Assembly: GCF_001194135.2 (NCBI RefSeq)
Contig: NC_068982.1
Coordinates: 19,713,842 to 19,777,841 of the forward strand
Reading direction: 5' to 3'
Source of the DNA: Octopus bimaculoides
Taxonomy: Eukaryota
DNA: 64,000 nucleotides
The notes beneath the pieces are model-generated. The model made no database searches. It was given only the letters and a program-made list of their open reading frames with translations, and was not told the DNA's origin. Every line of letters begins with the position of its first letter. The stretch's first letter is position 1. This document shows positions 12,827 to 26,055 of this stretch, in pieces. The position numbers and the translations under genes are program-made.

Positions 12827-15800
12827 AATTCACTCTAATATGATTTCGTTTTCAGATATCTAATCGTATTAACAATACTCCTATAACACTATAAATATTA
12901 TTGCTTTGTTTTTCACATTAGAGCCCCTTGTTAATTACCTTTCACACAAAGTAATTTTGCTCTAACGACGCAGTAGTTAGCCATACAGTTAATGTTTACA
13001 TTTATGCATCCACACACAAACACCCACACATATATGTGCGGATACATACATATATAGGTATGTATGTACGTATGTATGTATGTATGTATGTATGTATGTA
13101 TGTGCTTACATTTCTATTCCAATCCAATGTTTGCCAAAACAGTTTATATGCGTTACGAAAAATACATCTCTACCGAAACAGGAACTCTCGTTATTTCATA
13201 GTTATTATATTTCATAGATATAAGAAAATATTTAAGCGTAGTTTATTTTTGAATATGGCTTACATGCAAATACTACTTTAAACTCACGACCAAATCGTTA
13301 ATTTATGTAAAATAAAATTAGTAACATATGGATAAATTATTACGGAACCAAACAAAATACAAACCAAAGAATCGCTAGTTACGTATTTTTTCTGTTATAT
13401 GTTCATCATTACATTTTGTTTTTTAGTAAACAGAATTCTTTGGCACACTAATGCTTAAATGTTCTTATAAAACAAGATATATTACTTATTGTATGTAAAA
13501 TATACTATGAGGTAAAATGGTAATGCAGCTATAGTAGGGTATGGTGGAATGATAAAGAATTAAATGAAAAAACATTTGCAAATTTCTTGAAGTCTAACAA
13601 GAACGTTCACTTTCTCGAGTTCGTTACCTTATAAAATATATTTCACACAGCGAAAGAATTACATAGTGAAACTTTGTTTTCATATATAAATACATTTCAA
13701 AGAGAAATTAAAAATGCCTTTGGTTTTGCAATTAACTGAATTCTTCAGCATACATGAATATAAACATGGCATATTCCTGTGGATTACTTAAATGATGCAA
13801 AACATTTTTAAGAGAAAATTATATGTTTATATTCGCCCATTAGAATAATGCAGATGATTATTTTAAACAACTAATTGTCTCTGAAATGTGTCAAATTTCA
13901 GTGTATCATTGAGAAATTAAATTGAATAATCCGGGTTTTTTTTTTGTTCCTTTTTTTTTTTTTTTTTTAAATGTATGGTTCAAGTTATTACGTTAGCAAA
14001 TACCCTAATCCGTGATAGAAATTTCATTGTGATAGACTGAAATCTAAAGTTCTGGTTTAAAATATGGATGTCTATTATAAAATACATCGATCTTTTTTGA
14101 TATATTCTAAATTTATAGCAAAATATTTTATCATTCATTTGGAATAACACGCCATTCGAGAAACAAAACGAAAAATAGCATTTAAAAATGCCCAGAAAAG
14201 GCCATTGTTTATTTATCACGCCGTGATGCATTTTTAAAGTGCAAGTATGAACAATAACAAACTTTTGAAACGACAAGTAGGCAAAAAAGAAGAACTCAAT
14301 ATGTCATCATAATGATAAAAAAAAAAGTGACTGTCTATTTGTATTCTCTATTTTCTTTAAACTTTTAATACGCTCTCCCATATCGAAAAGAATGAAGTCT
14401 CTATAGGGACAAGTGGATTTTCGAAATGAGAAGTACTAAGAATAGTCAAACTAATCAAGCACAGATTTAGTACAGAAGCACACGAACGATAACCAGAATT
14501 ATCAATCAATAATACTGCAAAACTGGTGCCCGCTCGGATAGCATATCCCCACCCCCACCCCATCCACCCCAAAAATGGTGGGGAAAGAAATTGTTTGAAA
14601 TCAGGTCTATATGTGTATGTGTGTGTGTATTCGCTAAGGCATTAAGTGACTGATAACGTAGCGTAGGACTCAATAGACAAATGTCTGAGAACGAAGCGCT
14701 AGTTGGGTACAGAGCATCAATATGAAAATAACATGACAGAGGAATAAGCGATTATCTTGTGAACTTTGTTAGCTTACAATTGTTCTGCTATAAGATACAG
14801 TAGACTCATATCTGAGTGCTTCAGTAACACCTTATAGCTTTATCACAGCCTTGGATATGAAGTGCAGTTCATCCCTTTTTGTAACCAAGGGCATTCTGCA
14901 ATTTTTTCATTCCAAAGTGTTTTAACCCATTATTTATGCGCTTTTATTTATAGTTTCATCGAGTTTCACTGCTCCAAATAGAACTATTTTATATCCATAT
15001 AAAACAATACGGAGTGATTTTATAAATATTGGCATGAATTACTTCAAAAATATACGTTTGATATCCGTAACAGATACAGTGGTGGTGTTGATATCTAAGC
15101 AAGCTGGTCAGTTGTCATACTACTGATCGGTGATGTTTGCAACAAACTATTACAATTGTTTCAGATTAGCATAGAATTTTGAAGTTGCTGGCGTATAACA
15201 TAACTTTGGACAACTGCATACCAGTTCCACTGCGTCTAATTCATTCACTGTCTTTGAGGTATAATGATGATTTCAGTTTAATAAGCTGTATTAAATTGTA
15301 ATTGCTTACTGAGTTTTACATTAGCTACAAGTAGTCACATATTTACAAAATTTCCAGCGGCTCAATTACTGATAGCGTGAGTGACAAGAAAGCATGTGTA
15401 TAAATTAGTGCAGATCAAATATCCTTAAATAATTCGTTCCCGTAAAATCGAAAGTTCGCTTAATTACACCCACATACGGAAACATACACCACATAGTATA
15501 TATATGAGTGTGTGTATGTGCGTGTGTGTGCTCGTGTCTAGGTACATATGTGCGTGTGTGTGAATGTGCATGTATGACGTATGTATGAATGTAAGCATAT
15601 GCATTGAGGATTTTGAATTTAGTTTACTTTAATTTTGTATAAATTTAATGTGTTTTACGATATTAACGTCGTTGTTTAAGTTTTGATGGGGCAAACCTAT
15701 GATGAAAAATTCGTGAGAATGCGGCTATATGAATCTGACAGTGTTTATTTCATTCTCTAATGTATCACGTATCATTCAGGCCTTTGTACATTCAATTACA

Positions 15801-16854
15801 GGTTAACACAATGATACACTGACATTATCACAGATTTCCAAGCTTTTTCTCCCGAAACATGTTCACCTCTTCGTGTGTTTCTTTTAAATTCTCTGTCGTT
15901 TTCAATTTAATTTTTCAGATATAGAGACAAAAGGATATAATACACATGAGAAACTAATTAAGAAAAAATCAGAGAGTTTGATGTAATAGAAGTTTGTTTT
16001 CGAATCTTCCTTTTTTAGTATATAACTTTTCTATATGTGATGTTGAATTTTGCTAATAGTACACTCCATTTGAAATTTATCTCTTCCTCAGTATTTTCAT
16101 GACAAACAAGTAAAGTAAAGTGTTTTAAGCGAGGTAATTTTTAAAGAAAATTTAGATGGAATTTCTCAAAACAAATTTATACAATTATGGCTTGCAAGGT
16201 TTCTATTACCGCCTACATTACAGTCAATCCCTTTATCTCAGTCAGATAATTAGATTTACTGCTTCTAGTATTTTGTTTCTTGTTCGCAATTAAACTATTT
16301 TTATGTATATAGATTAATTAGCGGATATATATGACGGGAAATAACACTGTTAATGGAATTAAGATTATATAACCAACTATGTATTTCTAAGACATGAGAC
16401 TGAAAAAATAGTAAATGCTTAGTGTAATGTAGCCTGCTATATTAACCTAACTGGTTAATCAAATAATAATGACATAAAAGGCTGAATTAAAAATAATATT
16501 TCAAAAGTCGTATATAAAAATAACTGAAAATATATTTAATTAACTGATTATATGCCTATTATCAGATTTAGTCATGTGATCAATAACTCTATCAGCGATA
16601 GTCTTACTTCTCTAATTTATCTTATTTCCTTTGAGAAATAGCACATCCCGGGATACAGTCTCTTCTTTTTCTCTCATTAATGCTTTATTTTCATTATCTT
16701 TGGTTTTTCGTTTCGTATATATACGCATTTTCCCCTAATGGGTATTACTGCTCTAAAATAATATGTTCTTGAATTGTTAGTCATCTGCTTAGCTCCTTAT
16801 TAGTCAAGCCCATACTGGGCATAACTTTATCCTTTACTCCCAGTTCACTTGAAA

Positions 16855-17077
16855 TGCGAGGCGGTGCTGAGAGTTTCCTGGCTTTAAGGGTATCGTAAAA
16901 AGCCTGGTTGGTGGCCCAGCCTTCCAAGTTTTTTTCAAAGGGCTTAGAAAAGCGAAGGACCGCTGCAATGGTGTGTAAATCTGGGACGGGAATATGTTGA
17001 GTAAAATCATAATTAACCGATCCTCCTGTAGTATCTTCTTTTACACAAAGCCAGGAACTTTTCATGACCCCCTTGTA
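16855..17077 (+). mobile_element. Mariner-derived MITE / internally deleted mariner
   Basis: ~30-bp imperfect TIRs (TGCGAGGCGGTGCTGAGAGTTTCCTGGCTTT / AAAGCCAGGAACTTTTCATGACCCCCTTGTA). Interior GGGCTTAGAAAAGCGAAGGACCGCTGCAAT...GAATATGTTGAGTAA resembles the mariner transposase C-terminus (GLEK..DRC...G.YVE*). Confidence 0.8.
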
Positions 17078-17349
17078 TATGTATCTGTAGTATATCCTTC
17101 TTTTGTAACAGATAGTATCAGTAAGAAATAAACGAGAGGAAAACAGCATTTAATATGTGTTTATTGGTAAGTTCCTTAAAATTTCAGACTCGAAAAGTAC
17201 ATCTAACCATCTTTGTATAAATTGTACTATGTACGATCTGGTAATCAGTGAGGCTCATGTAATGAGTTACAGCTGTATTCTTAAATCTATATTCCCCCTT
17301 TTATGCACCTTCACAGTCAGTTTAATTATCAAGAATTGAAGTAGACTTA

Positions 17350-18480
17350 GCGTCTGCATTATTTACTGGGTTTATTCATGTCGAAGTTTTCGCCTTAGGC
17401 TTATCGACCAATAACTCCTACGTCAGCAGTGACGTGTTAATTTGCTTTGCTGTGGCCAAATATTTGACCATTAAGTTTTTTATGCCAGCAGCAAGTGTTA
17501 ATTTTGGGTATATCTGTTGTTTGTGTGTTCATGTTGGTATTGTATTGCTATATGAGAATGACTTCCATAGTTAATCTTCTATAATTGCGAGAAAATCTGT
17601 GCATTATTCACTATTCTCTTATAGCTTTCTATCTTATTTTGTTTTGTGGTATGTGCCATTGTGTTTTGCAATTACTCCTTGCTGTAACCTCATGGGAGTC
17701 CAAGAGAGTTTGTCAGAGCAGTGTTTCCAGTGTAACAACTGGAGTTCGGAAGTTTAGACATTTTAGTTTTGCAGTCAAATTTATAGATTACATTGGTCAT
17801 TAATAATTTGTTCTCGGGTTTACATGCTTGTGTTGCGTAAATGAGAAGTAGCTTTTAATTTCAGATTTTGGTCAAGTGTGAAACGTTTTGTGTTCCGGTT
17901 TAGAAGGTTTTCGATTACGTATTACTCAGTTCGATTGATTTTATGCATTTTATTCATATAACAAACTTTATGTATGATTTGCTTAATTTTATTTGGTGTA
18001 TTTCTTGTATTAGTGTTTGTATTTTTCTATAGCTTGGTCTGTTAGGATATTCACTGTTAATTAACGTGTTTTATACTTTGGATTTTTTTCTACTGACTTG
18101 TCTGAGGATGAGAATATAAATGCTTCTAGGGATTTTAACCGTAGACATGGTATAACCGTGTGTGTGTTCACTGTCTCGACACAGGTATATGCATTTGCTT
18201 GATTATTTGGTGCAAACCGACGTAATGATTTATTTTTAATCTTTATATTTATGTCTAAAAAGGGGTACTCATTTGTATTATTCTTGATGTTAAATTTTAG
18301 TACAGTGTCTTCTTCTAGTCTCTCAACATCCTTTAATTCATCGATTTTCTCCAGTATAATATCTATGTATCTTGTGTGTATTGTGCGTTTCTCAATCGGT
18401 ATTATTCTGTGGACTGATAGGATGCCGCAGATGTACGTCCTAAGGGAGCACCCATGATTACTCGACTTAGAATTAGCTTT
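17350..18480 (-). mobile_element. Penelope-like element (PLE) remnant, RT to GIY-YIG end
   Basis: Minus-strand motifs in order: IMGAPL (~18445-18460), TRYIDIIL (~18355-18380), LKFNIK..EYPFLDINIK (~18240-18300), then a degenerate C-terminal region. These match the PLE RT motifs MGSPL, RYxDD and FLD. Confidence 0.75.
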
Positions 18481-19415
18481 TGGGCATCGGAAAGTTACTT
18501 CAGTTGTATATGTTAATTACTTTTATATATATTCTCGTAGTTCTTTTTTTTTTTTTTTTGCAATATTGTTTCTAAAAGGCATTTAGTTCTGTAACAGCTG
18601 CGAATTCCCGAATTTAGTACATATATTTTTTCTTGATTCAAATCTGGAGAAAGGCCAACTCATAACTACTTCTAAATTTCATTTTCTTGGAGAAGCGTTA
18701 GGATTAATCAGGTAGAATAAACTGTATCATTATTTTGCTGGTAAAATGCCAGCCTCTATTAAATAAACCATTTTATTGCATGTGCAGCTTTTGAACTGAA
18801 TGCAATTTTGCATAGTCCCTTATATTTTCGCATAGATAATGCGTAAATGGTTCGTCTGATCCGTTACTAAGATAACGATGGAGTTGCTACTTGGTCGCTG
18901 GATCATCTCACACTACAGCCAGAATGACTATAGATACCGTGCGTCACAAACACCCAAAAATTAACATGCCAAACATTAAGTCCGGCAATTAACTTTGCCT
19001 AATATATATCTACGATCAACGCTATCAAACGACAGCTATGAAAGTGAGTCAGTTGTTTATTCTGTCATTCTACACTATTTCACTGCTGATATCTTTTCTC
19101 TCTTTTGATGCGTAATNNNNNNNNNNNNNNNNNNNNNNNNNNNNNNNNNNNNNNNNNNNNNNNNNNNNNNNNNNNNNNNNNNNNNNNNNNNNNNNNNNNN
19201 NNNNNNNNNNNNNNNNNNNNNNNNNNNNNNNNNNNNNNNNNNNNNNNNNNNNNNNNNNNNNNNNNNNNNNNNNNNNNNNNNNNNNNNNNNNNNNNNNNNN
19301 NNNNNNNNNNNNNNNNNNNNNNNNNNNNNNNNNNNNNNNNNNNNNNNNNNNNNNNNNNNNNNNNNNNNNNNNNNNNNNNNNNNNNNNNNNNNNNNNNNNN
19401 NNNNNNNNNNNNNNN

Positions 19416-19788
19416 CAGTGGTTAGGGCAGCGGACTCGCGGTCATAGGATCGTGGTTTCGATTCCCAGACCGGGCGTTGTGAGTGTTTATTGAACGAAAA
19501 CATCTAAAGCTCTACGAGGCTCCGGCAGGGGATGGTGGCGAACCCTGCTGTACTCTTTCACCACAACTTTCTCTCACTCTTACTTCTTGTTTCTGTTGTG
19601 CCTGTAATTGAAAGGGCCTGCCCTGTCACACTGCGTCACGCTGAATATCCCCGAGAACTACATTAAGGGTACACGTGTCTGTGGAGTGCTCAGCCACTTG
19701 CACGCTAATTTCACGATCAGACTGTTCCGTTGATCTGATTAAGTGGAACCCTCGACGTCGTAAGCGACGGAGTGCCAACAACAACAAT
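19416..19788 (+). mobile_element. tRNA-derived SINE family D, (CAA)n tail; 5' end lost in gap
   Basis: Highly similar to the full-length reverse copy at 61510-61897; 3' hairpin CGTCG-TAAG-CGACG before (CAA)n. Confidence 0.9.
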
Positions 19789-19879
19789 ACGTCACATATG
19801 ACACTAGTTTTTAATACTGAGACATCCCTTTATGAATTTTTCGCTGCTGTATTTATAAAACTAATCCTCGAAATTAAAA

Positions 19880-20620
19880 CCCAAATATGCTAAATATATA
19901 TCAAAAGTTAACATCCAATTTAATATAAATGAGACTCCGTTTATAGATATAAACATGCACATCGAAAACCAAAAACAGATAAACACTAAAGAATCAAACA
20001 TATGCTTATATATATAAATACCTACATAGAAACAGCGACTGTCCGAACAACTAAAAGTTATCAATGGTAAAAATCACTTCTCAAAAGAGCATGTATATCC
20101 AGGCCCACAAACAATAGACTGGAAAAAGAAATACATAAAATAAAACAAGCATTAATTGACAAAGGATACTATAATATAATCGCAGATCAAGCTAAACGAA
20201 TAAATATATCGGAGAGTATAGCTGATAGAAATAAACATAGTACAAGGAAGAATCTGTTTTATGAGCCAAATACACAACAGCTGTCGAAAAGATGGACAGA
20301 TAGCACCCTTGTAAAATATAATACAAAATGTACCACTCTCGACCATAAAATATACTACTAGAAATATACTACAAAAACAACAGCACCAAAAACCTTCCTA
20401 ATCAACAACACACCACAAAATACAGGCAAAAATACACACGACCAAAGCGAAATATAAATTTGACTGCAAGTCTGAATGTTGTAAACTTTAGGACACTAGC
20501 TGTTAGACTGGATATACGTGATACATTGGACAAATAAATATTGAAATCTTTTCCTTAATGGAGAGCAAATCCTGTGCAGTTTCAACGCGTTTGATATCCA
20601 GTGCTTTAAAATTCCATGAT
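19880..20620 (+). mobile_element. Penelope-like element remnant (RT thumb to GIY-YIG)
   Basis: PFIDINM (~19940), KYLHRNSDCP (~20015-20045), stop-free frame 20070-20400 KSLLKRAC...LEKEIHKIKQALIDKGY (typical PLE thumb), YIGQ at ~20522 (YIG motif). Confidence 0.75.
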
Positions 20621-23139
20621 ACGCCTTCCTACTCTGGTTGCACTAATGATAATGAATATCAATGAGTCGATGGACGTAGAAAGAAAACTATGAAGAATAT
20701 AGAGGACAACATGTGTGTGTGTGTGGATGTGTGTGCATATAGTGATCTTGAAAGAAAGACTGGAAGAGCAGCGATCACTGGATAATAGTTCGAATGAAAG
20801 AATGAAAAGAAAAAGAATGAAAAAAAAAGAATGAACGAGCTTCTAATTTCAGCGATGTTTTGGATAGAAACAATGAACACATTTTGGAATTGACTTGTAC
20901 TAGTGTATAAGAGAGAAAGGGAAAGGATGTGAAAGAAGGTGAGTGAGGCTAGATAGAAGGATAGGAAGTGGATCGATAAAGAGAAAGAAATAACAAGTAC
21001 CACTGAAAATAAGTGTGAAATATCAAATGGCAGTGATAGAAAGAAATATATAGAGGGAAGGAGAAAAATTAGGAGAGACAAAATACAAGTGGCAAGCGAG
21101 AGGGAAGAATATCTATAGATGGGTGATAATGATAGGGTACTGTGTGTACTAGAAATCTCGTTGCGAAAATCGAAATACAACATAGAAACAATTCACAGAA
21201 AAGGTAAGGCAAACATGGAAATCTTCTCATCTGCTATGTAAACCAGAAACCATGAAGTTTCGGTACATTACAATTGCAATAACTGAAAAGTTACGCCAGT
21301 GATATTTACTGCCACTGAGATGACGGAACTGTAAAAGCTAGGGCTAAATATGTAAAAGACCACAAGTGAGGTTAGGAATCTACATATATTGCAGTAACAT
21401 AATTGCTATATGTATTACACTAACATAAACTATGTGAGTGTATTTCCGTGTTTGTGTGTGTATGCATGTGCATGAGATAATCTTTCGACAAAGCACGGAA
21501 GCGAATTTCTTCTCCCTAATAAACAAGAGAAAAATATAAGATTGAAAGAACTTTCATTTCAGTGATGTTCTCAATACTAAAAGCATCATGGAGAAATTAA
21601 TTTCGTAGGTGGCCCGCAGTAGTGGTCGTATCGGGGTATAAGAGGGTCGGTTGAAGGAATATGCTGGCTCAGTTTATATATTTGTTTGTTAAACTGTGAA
21701 TGGGGACTCTGTTATTGTTTCACGCATGTCTAACTTTATGCCACGCTCAATTTACACGTAATAATAATGGCATATATATGAGTCGAATAGACATAGGACA
21801 TATTGTTGACATCTTTGATCCTGCTAATTTCACTGTACAGTTTTCTATTCTTATAGATCGAAGACTGTTAATACTAGTGCCTGTGAGTACTTGAATATGA
21901 ATTATTTCTAGGTAATGTTTATTTATTTTGTCAATTTTTACGATGTGTAGTATATTGTAGCTGTATTTCACTTCACATCATTCTGGTGTTCCTATTATGT
22001 TAATTTCGAATACCATAATATGAACATTTTCTAATGAATTATTATTGTATTTTATAATTCTACCCGAATGGAATAATGATTTGATGGTAATTACGTTTTC
22101 CTTTTTTCATATAATTTTATGCATAGATGATATTATTTCCTTCGCTAAAGGCTAAAATATATTTTAAAAAGTCACGTCATGCGAAGACATTAAGCATATG
22201 AACTAAAAGCAACGTAAATCAAAAGATCGGGACAGAACGTAAACAACAGTTAAGCATCATAATAACCAGTGTAAAAATTTGACATTTTCTCACATGAAAC
22301 ATGTTATTTTGCGCAAACTGTTCTTAATTTTGGCCAATGGAAGATAATCTTCTAGAAACTGTAAGAGAAAAGAGCATGTGTAAAACAAAAAATAAAATTA
22401 CTTATTAACAAACCAAAAAAAAATATGTAGAAAGTGCGGATGGGGAAAGATAATAATTACTGTCTGCAACCCATGAGGGTTTCGATTTGATTATGTCAAA
22501 ACGGAAGAAGGCAACCAAGAGAACATTTATTTCTGGAAAGTGCACTTAACTTCTATTCACAAAAACAGGAAACCAGATTAGAGATTAGATAAACGTAAAA
22601 TTGCTTGGAGCAGTTTGCTAAACAAATTTTTTAAAAAGAATCATATCGACTGCAATATTTAAATAATGTAGTTAGCTCAGCAATTATATAAAGATAAGAA
22701 GTGATGTTTCAGGTAAATAGACACAAATATATATTTGTTGATAATCAATTTTAAGAGGAAGATGCTGCTAATTTAATGCACTGAAATATCTGCAGTATAA
22801 GTATCTACACACTACTTTACATAAGCATACACCCAACCTTACATATATATGTATGCATGCATTTGTGCTCCAAATTGTCAACAAGTATACATATATATAA
22901 TAATGCATTATTAACGATTATATCTAAAGAAACTCGGCAGCATATTTTAAATTTTAAATTGCATCATAATTTAAATCTAATCTGTAAGAAAATGGAAATA
23001 ATTCTATGAAGAAAAAGTAATAAGCTTCATATATTTTTCAGATAGGAATATTTTAGGGAGAAACAACAATTGTAGCAAATACTGAATTCTAACTTTGATA
23101 CCAGATCAGATATTTTACGAAAATTTTATTAAATATTGA

Positions 23140-23352
23140 TTTCAAATTTTGGCACAAGGACAGTAATTTCACGGGAATGGATATCTCGACTACATTTGAC
23201 TTCAGTGTTTGACTGGTACTTAATTCTGTCGACCCAGAAATCCTGAAAGGCAAATTCAGCTTCGGCTGAATTTGAACGAAGTACGTAAAGACAGACGAAG
23301 TGAAGCTAAACATTTTGCCCGGGTTACAAACGATTCTACCAATTTGCCGCCA
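23140..23352 (-). mobile_element. tRNA-derived SINE family B (first of head-to-tail pair)
   Basis: Reverse-complement head ...AACGATTCTACCAATTTGCCGCC, B-box AATTTGAAC, body ACTGGTACTTAATT. Confidence 0.75.
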
Positions 23353-23373
23353 TAGAATGGTATTAAATATCTG

Positions 23374-23586
23374 TTTCAAGTTTTGTCACAAGGCTAGTGA
23401 TTTCGGGAGAAAGAGGGAAAGTCGATTACATCTATCCCAGTTCTCAGCTGGTACTTATTTTATCGACCCCGAAAGGACGAAAAGCAAAATCGATCTTGTC
23501 GGCAATTGAACTCAGACCGTAAATAGGGACGAAATGCCGCTAATCATTTTACCCGGCGTGCTGACGATTCTGCCATTTAGCTGCCC
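23374..23586 (-). mobile_element. tRNA-derived SINE family B (second of head-to-tail pair)
   Basis: GCTGGTACTTATTTTATCGACCCCGAAAGG body; TGAACTCAGA B-box; GACGATTCTGCCATTTAGCTGCC head. Confidence 0.85.
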
Positions 23587-24066
23587 TACAATGGTATTAC
23601 ATATCCCCACGAATCTCAGTGGTTAATACAGTTACCAATCTGGAATAATGAAAAGCCCTTGTAAAATTTGAAATCAGGAAGTGAAAGAATATAAGTAAAT
23701 AGTAAAAGGGTAGAAAAGGAAGTATTGTGTACCCTACTGTAATGGTTCTACCAATTCCCTGAGCCTGAAGTACACAAATGCTGAATGGAAAAATAAAGAT
23801 AATTATCCAAAAGAGATAGAAGGGCATTACAAATAAGAGTAACTAAAGTCATGAAGATTGATAAAAATAAAAATAAAACATATTACTCCGTAAGGAAAAA
23901 ATAGTCCATACAATATGATCATATACCGTTAAGCGAACATGTTAATGTGAAACATGTATATTACTTTCACAATGGAAATGCATATATCTAAAATTGCCCA
24001 CGTATATATAAGCACATTTATTAATATATAAATGTAAGTTAATTTTTTTAAATCTTATTAAATTAA

Positions 24067-24143
24067 GTATGAAGGATGCCCACCGTTAAGAGCGCGAGCT
24101 ACTAACCCCAAGATTCTGAGTTCAATTCCAAGCAGTGACCTGA

Positions 24144-24179
<36 letters not shown>

Positions 24180-24360
24180 TCTAAAAATAGCTTAGGAATG
24201 AGAATCCAGGTTCGAAATTTCCCCAAGACACCTGATGAAGGCTTGAGGGTATTTCAGCCGAAACGTTGTGTTAACAACAAACAAGATGAGGAGAAATATC
24301 CGTCGAATGTAAATAATGTAAATAATGTACATAATTCCTCATCTCTTAAATATAGAACTG
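24067..24360 (+). mobile_element. tRNA-headed SINE-like element with (AAT)n linker and Penelope-type hammerhead tail
   Basis: tRNA-like head (GAGCTACTAACC anticodon-arm-like, GAGTTCAATTCC B-box), (AAT)n at ~24148-24177, then CTGATGA...GAAACGTT motif and AT-rich tail TGTAAATAATGTAAATAATGTA. Confidence 0.65.
24227..24272 (+). ncRNA. Minimal type I hammerhead ribozyme (PLE-type)
   Basis: GACAC-CTGATGA-A-GGCTTGA/TCAGCC (stem II)-GAAA-CGTT-GTGTT. Stem I GACAC/GTGTT, palindromic ACGT stem III, predicted cleavage after GUU (24267). Confidence 0.7.
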
Positions 24361-25101
24361 TACGATTCATATTTTTGTAACTCTCTGATAATCCTTTCCA
24401 GCAGTTCTTCTTCTTGTATTCGAAGAGAACATTTAAGATCTTAATTTAGAAATGACGCATTTTAATGAAGTAAGCTTCAAATTTTATTTTTAACCACTAT
24501 GACACAAAGGCTAAACAATATTTTGGTACATTTACGTAAATTTATATTCGCTTGTTATTCGTGTCTCAACAAAGTTAAGTAATGCCTTATTACAATGAAA
24601 ATAACGACACATATATTAACAGCCGCGAACTTAAGTAATATGAAATTTCTATGACGAGACTGACAATTATTACTGCTAAGAAATTTGGAACGTTGATATT
24701 ATATCCCGAGTAAGATAATGGTTTACCCCCATTTGCAATTTATGTACAAATTCTTAATCAATTAAGTTGCTTCCTTTATGTCAACAAAGAATAGTTTATG
24801 CTAGATATTTAAAGATATATACATGATGTAAGGGAATATACTATTAGTCAATCCAGCAGTTGATGGAATTAAGATTTTATTTGCTCGTACAAATCTAACA
24901 ATTCAAGCATATTGTATGAATATGAACTTAAGAACTAGTCTGAAAATTATGTTTACATACAAAGTAAAACGACTTTATCGTAACTACAGGGAATTAAAGC
25001 GATATGAAAGTACCCGACTTAAGAAAAAATACTACTGGGGACGATTCATTCGAGTAAAAATTCGTGAAGGCAGTTTAACGACTGAAGCAGATAAAAGATA
25101 A

Positions 25102-25130
25102 CTAGTGGGACCCGTGGAAATTCCACAGAA
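25102..25130 (-). mobile_element. Possible Helitron 3' terminus
   Basis: On the minus strand a GTGGA/TCCAC hairpin (CCGTGGAAATTCCAC) lies ~8 nt before CTAG followed by T; no 5' end identified. Confidence 0.35.
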
Positions 25131-25992
25131 CGAAAAATATTAAGAGAAGTTATTTAAGGAAAAAGGATGATTAGCATTTTTATTTTTATTTTGCTAAGCT
25201 CTTTCACTTCCAGTCACAATAACATATATGACTTTTGCTAAGCAAATTATATTTCTCTCTTTCTCTCTAAGTCTTCAACAAACTTTTAAACTATGTAAGT
25301 CCCCTCTTCATGCCTTTAACATCTCTCTCTATCTGTTCACCTCTCAATTCCACTAGGCATATGATTAATAGCATAATGCATCGGCTGGCTGTCTGCTCTC
25401 TCACTCACTCTCACGTTCCCTCTTCTTCTCCCTCACTTCACCTCCTATTCCCTTGTAACAAACTAAAGCGTAAAGTGTGAACGAACAGGCAGACGAATAA
25501 TACAGATTTAGCTCAATAAATAAGACTCGTTTCATTATCAACACATTACCATCACCACCACCACCATCATCACTATAGTTGTTAATAACAAAGCTCACTT
25601 CAATTCAGTTCAGTTCAGCTATTTGTTTATACCTACTTTTTCTTGTTGTCGATGCATCTCTACTCTGACAATACAAACGATTTATCTATCTCTGTCTCTC
25701 TCCCTATCTTAATGTAATTGCCTCCCTTGAACATCTCTCTCTATTTGACTTTCTTCAACCTCACCACCAGAACGTCACTCTCTGCTAAATATTGCATCCT
25801 AGACATATCTCTTCCTCTTCACCTTATTCTCCTCACTACAATATGTCGTTAACACTCTTCTCTCCCTCTTTTCTCTCACTGACTTTTTCTCTCGCTCTTC
25901 TCCTCTTACTTCAACTAAACATGTGACGCATTTGGTCATATTATACATCTTTCTCTACTTCTTCCTTAATTCTTTCATCTCTACACATACTC

Positions 25993-26055
<63 letters not shown>

